Positions 47,664-59,938 of a stretch of DNA of 64,000 nucleotides are shown here, in pieces (the first letter of the stretch is position 1; each line of letters begins with the position of its first letter). The stretch is from positions 15,748,001 to 15,812,000 of the forward strand of contig NC_043025.1 of the NCBI RefSeq assembly GCF_006345805.1, given 5' to 3'. The notes beneath the pieces were generated by a model that was not told where the DNA came from, ran no database searches, and saw only the letters and a program-made list of their open reading frames with translations. The DNA is from Octopus sinensis (Eukaryota). A program made the position numbers and the translations under genes.

Positions 47664-47960
47664 TTGGTTTCTTCCTGTTGAATTCTGTTCTTTTGTAAGT
47701 TAGAATGGGTTAGATGAACAAATGTATGGAAGCGTTGCTGTACAGCCGTATGCTCTTCCTGTTGCTAACTTTTATGTGTTTTACAAGCAGGACAGTCTTT
47801 TGTTTTGCTTGTCTTTGAAAGAAATAAGCTACTGGAGAATATATTGACAAGGAAATGACTGCGGAGAAGAACTCCAACTGTAACTCATGTGATTGCAGAC
47901 AGACTGTCAGCATTCTCACACACACACACACACACACATAAATATGTGTTTATATATATA

Positions 47961-48360
47961 GGCACAGGAGTGGCTGTGTGGTAAGTAGCTTGCTTACCAA
48001 CCACATGGTTCCGGGTTCAGTCCCACTGTGTGGCACCTTGGGCAAGTGTCTTCTACTATAGCCTCAGGCCGACCAAAGCCTTGTGAGTGGATTTGGTAGA
48101 CGGAAACTGAAAGAAGCCCGTCGTATATATGTGTGTATATGTATGTGTGTGTGTGTGTGTCTGTGTTTGTCCCCCTACATCACTTGACAACCAATGCTGG
48201 TGTGTTTACGTCGCCGTCACTTAGCGGTTCGGCAAAAGAGATCCGATAGAATAAGTACTGGGCTTACAAAAGAATAAGTCCCGGGGTCGAGTTGCTCAAT
48301 TAAAGGCGGTGCTCCAGCATGGCCGCAGTCAAATGACTGAAACAAGTAAAAGAGAGTAAA
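47961..48360 (+). mobile_element. tRNA-derived SINE family A, full copy; others at about 9270-9640, 20815-21220, 31495-31900 (+) and 51050-51435, 60765-61200 (-), plus many halves
   Basis: tRNA-like head, ccttgggcaagtgtc core, central (TA/TG)n, tail ggcggtgctccagcatggccgcagtcaaatgactgaaac. Confidence 0.9.
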
Positions 48361-48369
48361 GAGTAATCT

Positions 48370-49250
48370 ATATCTGGTGGTGGTTGTCTACTCCTCATGC
48401 AGAGTCTGACCAGCTCTTGTAATTACACCATTAGATCCCATGATGGCGTCTGATGTGGCTTTTTGAACCAGACAACATATTGAAAAGACACCCACATAGA
48501 ATGCATGTGTCTGATTTGGATCACCATGAACTGCAGTTAAATTCTGGTCTTTGTGGATCTTAGAATGTCTTTTAAGGCTTTTGTTAGATTTGCAGACCTT
48601 TCGGCAAACACGGCATTGAACGATGTGCACAGATATATAGTTTTTGTTCCTTCTCGAGCCATGCCTGGTTCATAAGAGCCGGTTTCCTGGTTTCCTTGGT
48701 GTATAGGTTCCCCACCTGGACGGGACACCGGTCTGTCGCAGGTGAGCTGCAAGATGCAGGAGGAAAGAGTGAGAGAAAGTTGTGGTGAAAGAGTCAGCAG
48801 AAGTTCACCTTTACCTTCTGCCGGAGCCACGTGGAGCTTAGGTGTTTCGCTCATAAACATACACATCGCCCAGTCTGAAATTCGAACCCACGATCTCTCA
48901 ACCGCGAGCTCGCTGCTCTAACCACTAGGCCATGTGCCTCCACACATATATAGGCAGAGTAGTTGGTGGAGGTTTGTTTTTCATGGGTCCACAGATGAGA
49001 TTTGAACCCAGCAAAAGAAAGGCAGGGTCTGTCACAAACTGGGAACACAAAAAGGTCCCCTGAGATTTTCACCTTCTCGTTAATCACAACATTCTTCTTT
49101 AAATCTCTCTTGAGCCTTGCATGTGACATCCTGACCTCCTCAAATGCTTTCACTCCACTCCGCACTTTTGTTCACCAACCAGCTTGATCTGAAGCAAGGG
49201 TTCCTGTGGCCTTTGGATTCATTCTAAGGGACTTCCTGGTAGTCCTTATT
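48370..49250 (-). mobile_element. RTE-like ORF2 C-terminus with C2H2-like fingers, split by a tRNA-SINE at about 48640-48945
   Basis: PVCDRPCLSFAGFKSHLWTH and CRVCRKVCKSNKSLKRHSKIH in broken frames. Confidence 0.55.
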
Positions 49251-49260
49251 CCGTCCTTAA

Positions 49261-49456
49261 CCCTTTAGCATTTAAACCGCCTGTTTTATGTTCAAACTGG
49301 CCATATCTGGTCTCTCACACCAACCCTACAATATCGTTTTAAAAATTAACAGCTACCTCATCAAAATCTCATAGCTACAAGATAATGCAGGATTAGTTCA
49401 AAACAATGTGGATAAAAAAGGATTAATTTTGGTAGAATAATGTGAACACTAAAGGG
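49261..49456. mobile_element. piggyBac-type MITE
   Basis: TTAA|CCCTTTAG ... CTAAAGGG|TTAA. Confidence 0.85.
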
Positions 49457-49699
49457 TTAAACCAGCGCTACTGATAACATGTAATCCAGTGCAACCTGTT
49501 GCATGATCAGGTCAGCGACTAAACTGGCAACCCCCACCAGGCTTGCTTGTATGTGCATAGGTGCAGGCGTGGCTGTGCGGTTAAGAACTTTGCTTCCCAA
49601 TCACATGGTTCTTAGTTCTATCCCACTCTGTTCATATGACAGGCAAAACCTTAGGACAAGATTTGGTTGACAGAAACTGAAAGTAGCCTATCGTCATGA

Positions 49700-50195
49700 G
49701 GATATGTGTATATATGTGTGTGAGTGTGTATATATGTGTGTGTGTGTATATATGTGTTTGTGAGTGTGTATATGTGTGTGTATGTGTATATATGTGTTTG
49801 TGAGTGTATATATGTGTGTGAGTGTGATTTGTATGTATATATATGTGAGTGTGTATATGTATGTGTATATATGTGTTTGTGTGTGTATATGTGTGTATAT
49901 ATGTGTGTGAGTGTATATATATATGAGTGTATATGTATGTGTATATATGTCTGTGAGTGTGTATATATGTGTGTGTGTGAGTGTATATGTGTGTATATAT
50001 GTGTATATATGTGTGTGAGTGTATATATATATGAGTGTATATGTATGTGTATATATGTTTGTGTGTGTGAGTGTATATATGTTTGTGTGTGTGTGAGAGT
50101 GTATATGTATGTATATATGTGTGTATATGTATGTATATATGTGTGTGAGTGTATATGTGTATATATGTGTTTGTGAGTGTGTATATGTGTGTGTA
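49700..50195 (+). repeat. Compound (TG/TA) microsatellite
   Basis: Directly visible. Confidence 0.95.
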
Positions 50196-50465
50196 TTAAT
50201 ATGTTTTTATGTTTATTTATAATAAAAGAGATTTTTACATTAATCTGATGGGTTCCTCCATACTTTTGCAGAGGACAAATTTGTTATCCTTAAACAAGTG
50301 TGTGTGTGTGTGTGTGTGCATTCATGTAGCAGACCAAAGTCTGTATCCATGGGGCTACATTGTTATATAAATATTGTATTGATTTCTTTGTTGTGTCCTG
50401 TTGTTGTTGTTGTTGTTACATCCTAAATTTGATGCATCAAAAGATTTTACCAATTCTTTCAACAG

Positions 50466-50582
50466 ATTCCCAAGATATACTGGAAGTATTCTTCTGACAA
50501 GATTCTGACCATGGAATTCTGCCAAGGTACAGCCATTGATGATCAGGATTTCATGAAGAATAACAAAATATCAGTGAATGAG
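50466..50582 (+). CDS. ADCK1: ADCK1 coding exon 4 (IPKIYWKYSSDKILTMEF...ISVNE)
   Basis: caacag| and |gtacag, 117 nt; not in ORF track. Confidence 0.92.
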
Positions 50583-50706
50583 GTACAGTGAGTTACCATT
50601 TCTGCATCACACACACTCCCATTCACAAATAGTCTCATATCTCTATACACCACACGCAACCCTTTATACACTCATCCATACATACATCCTTTCAGTTTGT
50701 TTATGG

Positions 50707-50879
50707 CAGCGGTTCCCAACGTTTTTGCATTCGCGACCCCTTACCCAAAAGCTTGAAACACACGCAACCCCCTACTAATTAATGTTATCCCAAGCCACTT
50801 CTAGTAAGGCTATGTGACATGCCCCCTGCCAAGGCTTCGTGACCCTCTCCCCTGGGGTACCACTGGTTGGGAACCCCTG
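50707..50879. mobile_element. hAT-type MITE
   Basis: CAGCGGTTCCCAAC...GTTGGGAACCCCTG; flanks gtttatgg/gtttacag (6/8). Confidence 0.7.
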
Positions 50880-51885
50880 GTTTACAGGGAAATGTTTTGG
50901 GATGATCTCATGTCAGATGATGATCAGTATCATCATCATCATTTAAGGTCCTCCTTCGGTGCGGAGATGTGTTGGATAGTTTGATAGGAGCTGGCCATGT
51001 GGGAGCAACAACCAGACTTCTGTGTCTGATTCAACATGTATCTATGTACTCTTTTACTTGTTTCAGTCATTTGACTGTGGCCATGCTGGAGCACCGCCTT
51101 TAGTCGAGCAAATCGACCCCAGGACTTATTCTTTGTAAGCCCAGTACTTATTCTATCGGTCTCTTTTGCCGAACCGCTAAGTGACAGGGACATAAACACA
51201 CCAGCATCGGTTGTCAAGCAATGCTAGGGGGACAAACACAGACAAACAAACACATACACACATACATATATACAACAGGCTTCTTTCAGTTTCCATCTAC
51301 CAAATCCACTCACAAGGCATTGGTCGGCCCGGGGCTATAGCAGAAGACACTTGCCCAAGATGCCACGCAGTGGGACTGAACCCAGAACCATGTGGTGGGT
51401 AGGCAAGCTACTTACCACACAGCCACTCCTGCGCCTATGTATGTATATATGCATGTAATAATGATAATAATCCTTGGGCAAGTGTCTTCTATTATAGCCT
51501 CAGGCCGACCAGAGCCATGTGAGTGGATTTGGTAGACAAAAACTGAAAGAAGCTTGTCGTATATGTGTGTGTATGTTTGTGTGTCTGTCCCACCAACATC
51601 GCTTGACAACCAATGTTGGTGTGTTTACATCCTATAACTTAGTGGCAAAAGAGACTGATAGAATAAGTACTGGGCTTACAAAGAATAAGTCTTGGGTTCG
51701 ATTTGTTTGACTAAAAGCAGTGCTCCAGCATAGCCACAGTCAAATGACTGAAACAAATAAAAGAAAAAGAAAAGAATATTTAATATCCACACACATACAA
51801 ATATTCATTCATGGTACCGTTAATACATCAGCCGTGACATCTATTTGAACCTTGATCTCTCTATTCACTCCTCTCTCTCCCACAG

Positions 51886-52032
51886 GTCTCCCAAAAGCTT
51901 GGTGAGGTGTTCAGCGAAATGATTTTCACCCATGGCTATGTTCACTGCGACCCACATCCTGGTAATTTACTCGTTAACAAAATGAAGAACGGAACCACAC
52001 AAATAACCCTTTTAGATCACGGCTTGTATCAG
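51886..52032 (+). CDS. ADCK1: ADCK1 coding exon 5 (VSQKLGEVFSEMIF...HCDPHPGN...LLDHGLYQ)
   Basis: ccacag| and |gtaagg, 147 nt, catalytic loop and DHG. Confidence 0.95.
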
Positions 52033-52227
52033 GTAAGGGGTCACCTCTAGTTTGTCTGATCAAGGACTGTTGTCCTTGCCTTTGTTTCTGCCCTTATTAT
52101 TGTTGTTCTTGACCCTCCAGGTCCATCTTGAGTATATAACCAAAAGGTCTTCCAATCATGACCATCACATCATAATGTATATTTTCCTTATGTGCTCTTT
52201 GCTTATTTAAAACATTAGGATATAATC

Positions 52228-53205
52228 TAAGGTAGATTTGGCTGCTATTTCTACCAGGCCTAGCTATCATGTAGAGGTCTCCCTCATTGGCTCATACATA
52301 CATATATACATAGATAAGAGAGTAGGGTGTGATTTGAGGTAGATTTGGCTGCTATTTCTACCAGATCTAGCTACCATGTAGAGGTCTCCCTCATTGGCTC
52401 ATACATACATATATACATAGATAAAAAAATAGGGTGTGATTTGAGGGAGATTTGGCTGCTATTTCTACCAGGTCTAGCTACCATGTAGAGGTCTCCCTCT
52501 TTGGCTCATACATACATGAAGCTGAAGCTTGATTTGAGGGAGATTTGACTGCCATTTCTAGCTACCATGTAGGCGTCTTCCTCATTCACTTGTACATACA
52601 TACAAGGGGCTGCTAAAAGTTCCTGGTTTTAAGGGTATCAGGAAAGGCCTGGTTGGAGGCCCAACCTTTTGAGTTCTTTTACAGGGCTTAGGAAAACTGA
52701 AGGAACCCCTGCAATGAGTGTTTGAACCTGAGAGGGGAATATGTTGAATAAAATCCTTCTGTATTTTCTTTTACCTCAAGTCAGGAACTCCTCAGCATAC
52801 CCTTGTATATACATAAAACAGTGGGGTGTACTGGTGGGAGATTTGGCTGCTATTTCAAGGAAGCCTAGCTACCGTGTAGAGGTCTCCCTCATTGGCTCAT
52901 ACATACATATATACATACAGAAGTCAATAGGGTGTGATTTGAAGGAGATCTGGGTGCTATTTCTAGCAGGTCTAGCTACCATATAGAGCTCTCCCTCGTA
53001 GGCTCTTACATACACATACATAAGACTGTAAGGTGTGTTCTGAAGGAGATCTGGCTGTTATTTCCAGCAGGTCTAGCTACCATGTAGAGGTCTCCCTCAT
53101 TGGCTCATACATAGATATATACATACATAAGACAGTAAGGTGTGTTCTGAAGATCTGGCTGTTATTTCTAGCAGGTCTAGCTACCACGTAGAGGTCTCCC
53201 CCACC
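52228..53205 (+). repeat. Tandem array of about 8 diverged ~105-bp units
   Basis: Unit core agatttggctgctatttctagcaggtctagctaccatgtagaggtctccctcattggctcatac at about 52228, 52337, 52444, 52536, 52836, 52941, 53043, 53151. Confidence 0.9.
52601..52807. mobile_element. mariner-type MITE inserted in the 105-bp tandem array
   Basis: TACAAGGG...AGTTCCTG imperfect TIRs, TA ends. Confidence 0.65.
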
Positions 53206-53669
53206 CCATTGACTCCTAAAAATGAACTTATTGTACAGATTGCTCAGGTGCACTACATATATATACATCCATAAGACAGGGTGTGATTTGAGGGTGAGTT
53301 GGCTGTGCAGTGTGTGTGTGTCTCTTAGCCCCCCCCCCCGATCCCTTGCTGCTATCAATTGAGGCCCAGCTGCAACATTCTTCAAATGTTTATGCAAACA
53401 GCTGCACTTCTTCCAGACATCTTGCTCTGGCTTGTGTCTGGATAATGTCAATAGAGTGGGGAGGGTCCATGAGGTGTCGTGCAAACCTTATTGGACCTAA
53501 AACTTTGCACAGGCATTGCCGACCTCTGCTTGATATGTGCTGCTTATTTTTTTTCTCCCTATATATATTTATTTTATTTTCAGTATATATGTATCTTTAT
53601 TTTTAGTATATATTTATATATTTATTTATTTTTGGTACATTTTTATCCTATTTTTATTCGGAAGTCCTG

Positions 53670-54645
53670 CAGCGATGGGAAGTTGGTGAAGCATGCAGAC
53701 CTGACAGGTTGGGAGCATGTAGTCAGCGACCTGCACATAGATAGCCCGTGCCAAATTTAAAGTCATCTCCTTGTCACCCAAGACAGCAGTAGGATTCAGT
53801 TGCTGCATGGGTGTCTGAGCAGCTCCATTTGGAGAGGGCACTGCTCACCCAGAGGACAGGGAGGTTCTCGAAAAGGTGAACCAAAAATTGCCCATCTTTC
53901 TATATTTTATCAGTTTAACGCAACTGACGGATGTCCACCCTGCACTTTATTTACAAAATCTGGATGGAACTTGAATATTTCATGTTGGAATGTGTGCACT
54001 CTGTTGGATAACAAGAGTGATTGTAGGCCTGAAAGACGCACTGCACTTGTTGCTCACGAGCTGAACTGCTATAACATTGATATAATATAGCTGTACTTTC
54101 AGAGACTCATATAGAAGGTGATGGTCAGCTTGAAGAAGCAGGAGGTGGATACACCTTTTTTTGGAAGGGGAGGCAGAAGGGGGAGCGCAGAGAGACTGGT
54201 GTTGGCTTTGCAGTTCGATCTGACATTCTTAAGAAGTTGCACCTGAAAGGTGGGTGGTTTACTACTCTAATAATTGCCTGTGCACCTACTTTGACTAGCT
54301 GCGATGAAAATAAAGCTATATTTTATACCCAGCTGAGAGCCATGCTTAGGAAAATTCCCATTTCTGATAAAGCCATTCTACTGGGAGATTTCAATGCCAG
54401 GGTTGGAACAGACTGGCAAACATGGAACTCTCTAGGATGTTTTGGTGTGGGGAAAATGAATAGCAATGGTCTCATGCTGCCGGAGCTTTCCGATGAACAT
54501 GGACTTTACATCGCAGGCACTCATTTGATGCACAAAGGGGATCACACAACAACGTGGATGCATCCAAGGTCTAAAGTTTGGCACTTGCTGGATTATGTCA
54601 TCATCCGCAAATGTGACATCTATGACGTTTGTAATGTCAAGTCCT
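53670..54645 (+). mobile_element. RTE-clade LINE 5' part with AP endonuclease domain, frameshifted
   Basis: ISCWNVCTLLD...ERRTALVAHEL..YNIDI, LLGDFNARVG, TWMHPRSKVWHLLDYVI. Confidence 0.9.
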
Positions 54646-55138
54646 TTCAACCGATGTTGGTGTGTTTACATCCCTGCAACATAACAGTTTGGCAAAAGAG
54701 ACCAATAGAATAAGTACCAGGCTTAAGAGAGAAACCATAAGTAGTGGGATCAATTGATTTGCCTAAAATTTTTCGAGGTGGTGCCCCAGCATGGCCTCAG
54801 TCTAATGAGTGGAACAAATAAAGGATAAAAACTAAATTTTAAAAAAAACCCAAATCAGCCCCTTTTTGTTTGTTTTCCCTTTTTTTATTTCCAGTCTTGT
54901 TATTTTTTTCTCTCTAAACATTATCAATGCATTTCTCTCCCCCCTCTCTCTCTTCTCCCTCTCTCTCTCTTCTCCCTCTCTCTCCCTCTTGTATGGAGAA
55001 TCTGTACACCCCCGTGTTTGACTAAGTGGACTCTACTAGTTAGTATAAATGAGCATGCGCAGAACAGTCTGAGAAGAGATAACATGGAAGATGCACAGTT
55101 GGAGAGTAATGGAGAACATCAGGAATGTTTGCTATTAT

Positions 55139-55831
55139 CACCTTGACCGACCAGTCTGTCGGGCGTCCATTTGACACCGCTGGTCACAGCATGCTGTCCA
55201 CTCGTCTCTGGATCGCGCCTTTCTCATCCACGTGATCCCAATCGTCCTCCTGAAATTGTAACTCCACCATTGTGGAGGCCTTCCGGTTGGTCTTTTCCAC
55301 TCGCGTGGGTACCACTCGATGACTGCACGGGTCCACCGATTATCGGTGAGCCGGGCGACGTGTCCAGCCCATCTAAACTTGCTGCGTGTATACTCTGCGA
55401 TCTCTCACACCGGACTTCTTTCTGATGATCTCGCTACTAATGTGCTCTCTCAACGAGATACCAAGCATTGACCTTTCCATGGCTCTTTGAGCCGTTACCA
55501 GTCTCTGCTCTTCTCTCTTTGTTGTAGCCCATGTTTCACTACCATATAACATTGCAGGTAGAACTGTACTGTTGATGAGGTTGGCGCGGGTGGTCCTGTC
55601 CAACCTTCCCTTGAGCACATCCCTTAGGCCATTAAACGCCTTCCATCCGGCCCTTACTCTCCGTGAGATCTCCTTTTCGATATCTTGGCACATATTCACT
55701 TCCTGTCCCAGGTAGACATATTCCATTACCTCCTCTATTTCGTCACTGCCGATGACCATTCGACATCAAAAGCTCTGCAGTAGGTCTCAAGATGAACCGC
55801 ATGAAAACAAAGTTCATGCGGTCAGACAACA
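55139..55831 (-). mobile_element. RTE-clade LINE 3' fragment with inverted 5' piece and 11-bp TSD
   Basis: Minus: EYVYLGQ...EISRRVRAGWKAF...VLPAMLYGSETW; plus 55761-55831: DIKSSAVGLKMNRMKTKFM; TTTGCTATTAT at 55128-55138 and 55832-55842. Confidence 0.85.
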
Positions 55832-55918
55832 TTTGCTATTATAACAGTGACGACAAGAAGTTGTACATCATATCACTTTCTCTCTCATTTCTCAACTCTC
55901 CTTCTCTCCTTACTCAAG

Positions 55919-56116
55919 ACTCTCTCCGATGAGTTCAGGCTGAACTACTCCCATCTCTGGATGTCCCTCATCAATGCCGATGTCGCAGCCATTCGCCAGG
56001 CAGCCTCCAATCTCAACTGTGGTGAGCTCTATGGCCTCTTCTCCTGCATCGTCACCGCAAGATCCTGGGACGCAATTCTACACGGTATTAAGAAGAAACC
56101 AACATCACAATCAGAG
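55919..56116 (+). CDS. ADCK1: ADCK1 coding exon 6 (TLSDEFRLNY...PTSQSE)
   Basis: actcaag| and |gtaaac, 198 nt, LFSCIVTARSW. Confidence 0.92.
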
Positions 56117-56497
56117 GTAAACACATTGGTTTGGCGTTTTTTCTTTCACTTCTCCCTTCACTCATTCATTTTTCTTTCATTGAACTTCCTTCGTCCACTT
56201 ATGCCTCCCTCACTTTTCTTTCATTCAATTTCCCTCGTCCCCTTCCTGACTTATTCATTTTTCCTTCATTCAATTTTTTTCCATCAACTCATTCTCTCCC
56301 TCATTCATTTTTCTTAATTAGTTTCCTTCTTTCACTCATTCTCTCTCCATTCATTCATTCATTATTCTTTCATTTTTTCTTTCTTTCACTCATTTATTAA
56401 TCTAAATCATCTCATTCCTTCAGTCACCTCATTCCTTCAGACACATCTCATTCCTCTTACCGTTTCCATTCTCTCCATTTTCTCTTTTATCCACCAG

Positions 56498-56809
56498 ATG
56501 GAGCAAATCCAAGACAATGCAACCAGGTACATCGTGGAAATCTCGGACGTCCTCAACCGGATCCCTCGCGAAATGTTGCTCGTCCTAAAAACCAATGACG
56601 TCTTACGTGGCATCGAATCCAAGCTTCAGATCAGCAAAGGGGCCGAATCGTTTCTTGCGATGTCTCGATATTGCGTACGAACCATTGCTGAAGCTGAAGA
56701 ATTCTTCTGCGACTCAATCATGTGTAAACTCAAAGTTAGGCTCCGACTCAGCTGGTATTTGCTGAAAATCCGTCTCATTGGATTTTATCTACGATTCTTT
56801 AATTTCTAG
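56498..56809 (+). CDS. ADCK1: ADCK1 last coding exon (MEQIQDNA...YLRFFNF*)
   Basis: ccaccag| acceptor, IPREMLLVLKTNDVLR motif, TAG stop. Confidence 0.93.
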   Translation: MEQIQDNATRYIVEISDVLNRIPREMLLVLKTNDVLRGIESKLQISKGAESFLAMSRYCVRTIAEAEEFFCDSIMCKLKVRLRLSWYLLKIRLIGFYLRFFNF

Positions 56810-58153
56810 AATATTCAGATCATAAACCTTCTTTCATGCATTTACTGGTTTCGGTCATCAGACTTTGGCCATGCTACAGCACCGCCTTTACGGGTTTTAG
56901 TTGTTTGATTGATCACCAGTACCTATTTTACGGCAGCGTGCTGGCAGAATCTTTAGCATGCCAGGCAAAATGCTTTCTGGCATTTCCTTGTGCTCTACTT
57001 TGTCAGTTCAAATACCACCAAGGTCGACTTACTCTTTCGTCCTTTCATGGTTGTTAAAATTAAGTACCAGTTGAGCGCTGGAGTCAATTTAATTGACTTA
57101 CCCCACTCCTCCTAACATTGCTGGCCTTGAGCCAAAATTCAAAACCATTTTATTTGCCTCCTGTTATCGAGTGGCTAAGTTGTATATTTCATGCAAGGGG
57201 ACATAACTTGATGTCGGTAAACGTAAACACAGATGTAGACACAAACAACAACACACATATCTGTGGCCTCCGTATGCGTCTTGTAAAACTATGAGGCTTT
57301 TGTACCTAGAAAATTCCTCTTTTAGGTGCAAGAGTTTCATCGGAAGATTTTGGTGGGGTGGGACTGGCCTCTTGTTGCCCATACATGTCTCCCCTCTGCA
57401 CACATCCAATGATATCCAAGAGAAAATGGCAATGGCTGACACAGTTCTTAGCAAGTGGAGTCACAGGTGTTGCAGTCTTAGTCAGCAAACAAAATGCAGG
57501 AACAGCCACTGCAAGTCATGCTGTCCGACACTTTGACAGTTTCCTTAATCTATTACCTTGGTCTGACTTTGTTTTTATAAATGCTAGCCCCACTAAAAGA
57601 TGCAAGGCATTATTGGTTTCAGTGGAATTTGAACTGAGACTGCAAGGAACAGGAAAAATAACTGCAAAGTCTTTTATCCTAATCTCTAATGACTTTAATG
57701 ATTGAGGACAATACACTGAAACACTTAGGTCATGCATGTATACATTATAATACATGCATGAATGCATACATGCAACTATGCGTGTATAAGAAAATGAGAT
57801 GACACTGGGAAAATAATGGTTATGTTATGAACTTCATTAGCTTGCAGCTGTTTCTGCTATAAGGTGCAAGGGTCTCGTTGTTGAGTGCCTGAGTAACACC
57901 TTAGAGCTTCATCAGTTCATCAGAACCTTGGATATGAAGTGCTATTTAAATATATGTGTGTGTATGTATGTATGTATGTATGTATATATGTATGTTTACG
58001 AAAAAAACAAAAGACGAAGACAGGTGGTGTACAAAACAAACAGATGTATTAGTATAACGCTCAGGAATAGAAAAAGTCTTTTACGTTTTGAGCCTACGCT
58101 CTTCTACAGAAAAAATATGTATATATATATATACACATATGTGTGTGTATATA

Positions 58154-58185
<32 letters not shown>

Positions 58186-58186
58186 C

Positions 58187-58218
<32 letters not shown>

Positions 58219-58329
58219 GTTGATATTTCACTTGGGCATTGCAATTTTTATAACCTGGTATTAGAATTTGACATACATTCACTTCAGAACGAAACATCAG
58301 CTGAGTAAAGCGCAAACTCCAATGAAGTT

Positions 58330-58815
58330 ATAGGGTGATGGTCACGCATTCAATTGATGTGGGACCCAAGCATCAAGCCTGATGACATAACCAGGTTGTT
58401 GAGGGTATCTAGAATCATCCTGGTTATATAACGGGGGTAGATCTCAGCTAATTCCTTCCCTTTGCCACTGTTAATCTCAGTCGGCTGATTAGAGCTTGGC
58501 TCTCCTTGATTGGAAAAGTTTCCTCATAGAAATCTTGGAAACCACTTCTGGCAGACACATTCCGTACCAACATCCTCTCCGTACACGGCACATGTCTTCC
58601 TGTGGGTGTCTGATGCTTTGCTGCTTTTTGCTAGAATATGAAAGCCTCGGGTATTGATCCGGTTTGTTTTTGTTCTCCATTTTCCAGGATGATCTCAAAC
58701 ACACAAGACACAGCCTCACTCATCACATGCTCACATCGAACTATTTTCTCGACTTATCTAATAATTACGCATGAGTAAAGGAAAAGAGCTGTGCAAACTT
58801 TTCGGCCAACCCGGT
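58330..58815 (-). mobile_element. mariner transposase N-terminal remnant plus TIR-like end
   Basis: HRKTCAVYGEDVGTECVCQKWFPRF HTH region; aaacttttcggccaaccc TIR-like sequence near 58795-58812. Confidence 0.75.
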
Positions 58816-59376
58816 CTAGGAGGGGTTCTGAAAAGCTGCTGGCTTTGGGTAAAAGAAAATGGAGGAAAAGTTAATTATGATTTTATTCAACATATTCCCC
58901 TCTCTAAGATTCACTCAGCCATTCCCTTTTTCTTCGCACACACACAGACGCTATTTATTAAAGCCAAAATTGTCTTGCCCCATTTTTATTCAGAGCTTTG
59001 CATTACCATTCATCGGACAGTATTGTCACAGTCGTCTCCTGGATGGTTATGTGAAACCCCAAGTAACAGCTTGTGAAGATTTTTGCAGATTTAATAAAGA
59101 ATATAATTACTCCATCTTTGATGCTGGAGTTCTATTTTTACCACCTTGTTTTGAATTTATATGCTTTGTGTGTGCATATATATATATATATGCTTTATTT
59201 AAAGCAGCAGAAAATTCAACAAAACCTGAGTTTCCCGTTGCCGACAAACGGCAACGGGAAACTCAGAGTAACAGGTTTTGTTGAATTTTCTGTTGCTTTA
59301 AATAAAGCATATTACTCTACCATTAGTATTTGAGTACTCTTTTTTCCACCTTGTTTCACATTTATGTGTTTACTCC

Positions 59377-59420
<44 letters not shown>

Positions 59421-59903
59421 ATAGATGAGTGTATTTTTACCTTGTTAACAATTAACACGGAAAAAATAAATAAATAGTTACCAGGGCAGCAAAAATCTCA
59501 CAAGTAAAGGTGTTGTAACTCCTAGTTTATAAAGGTAGAAACTTTGTGTTTACGTGGAATATTTTGAATAATATATGAATAAATAAATGGAGTTTAACGC
59601 AGGTGTAATCAAATATATATATATGTATATGTATATAATAATAATAAGGGTAAAATTAATTAATAATTAATGATTCCACCTAGTAGTGATTCGGTATGTA
59701 AAAGACCATTATCGGTAAATTTAAGCAATATTTATTATAATAAGGGTTAGGCAAAAGAATTTACTTCACCACACACTGAACTTTAGAAATAGCAGCCAAA
59801 AAGACTATTTCTTCTACTGGAAGAAACAACTCCCAGATAAGATATGCTCAAAAATATATCACGTAGGAAGAGAAAGAAAATAACGAAATTCACCTGGCAT
59901 TAG

Positions 59904-59938
<35 letters not shown>

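Larger units (their letters stand above)
41279..56809 (+). other. ADCK1: Gene span: aarF/UbiB-family atypical kinase ADCK1, 7 coding exons, 506 aa
   Basis: IKVGQ (KxGQ), ASLSQV, VAVKIQY, ELDF, HCDPHPGN, LLDHG motifs; N-terminal basic/hydrophobic leader; complete ORF with stop. Confidence 0.93.

Noticed and set aside
49724-50176. Cys/Val/Tyr-rich 150-aa ORF and the many [11 protein letters not shown] ORFs
   Set aside because: Dinucleotide microsatellite and SINE translations
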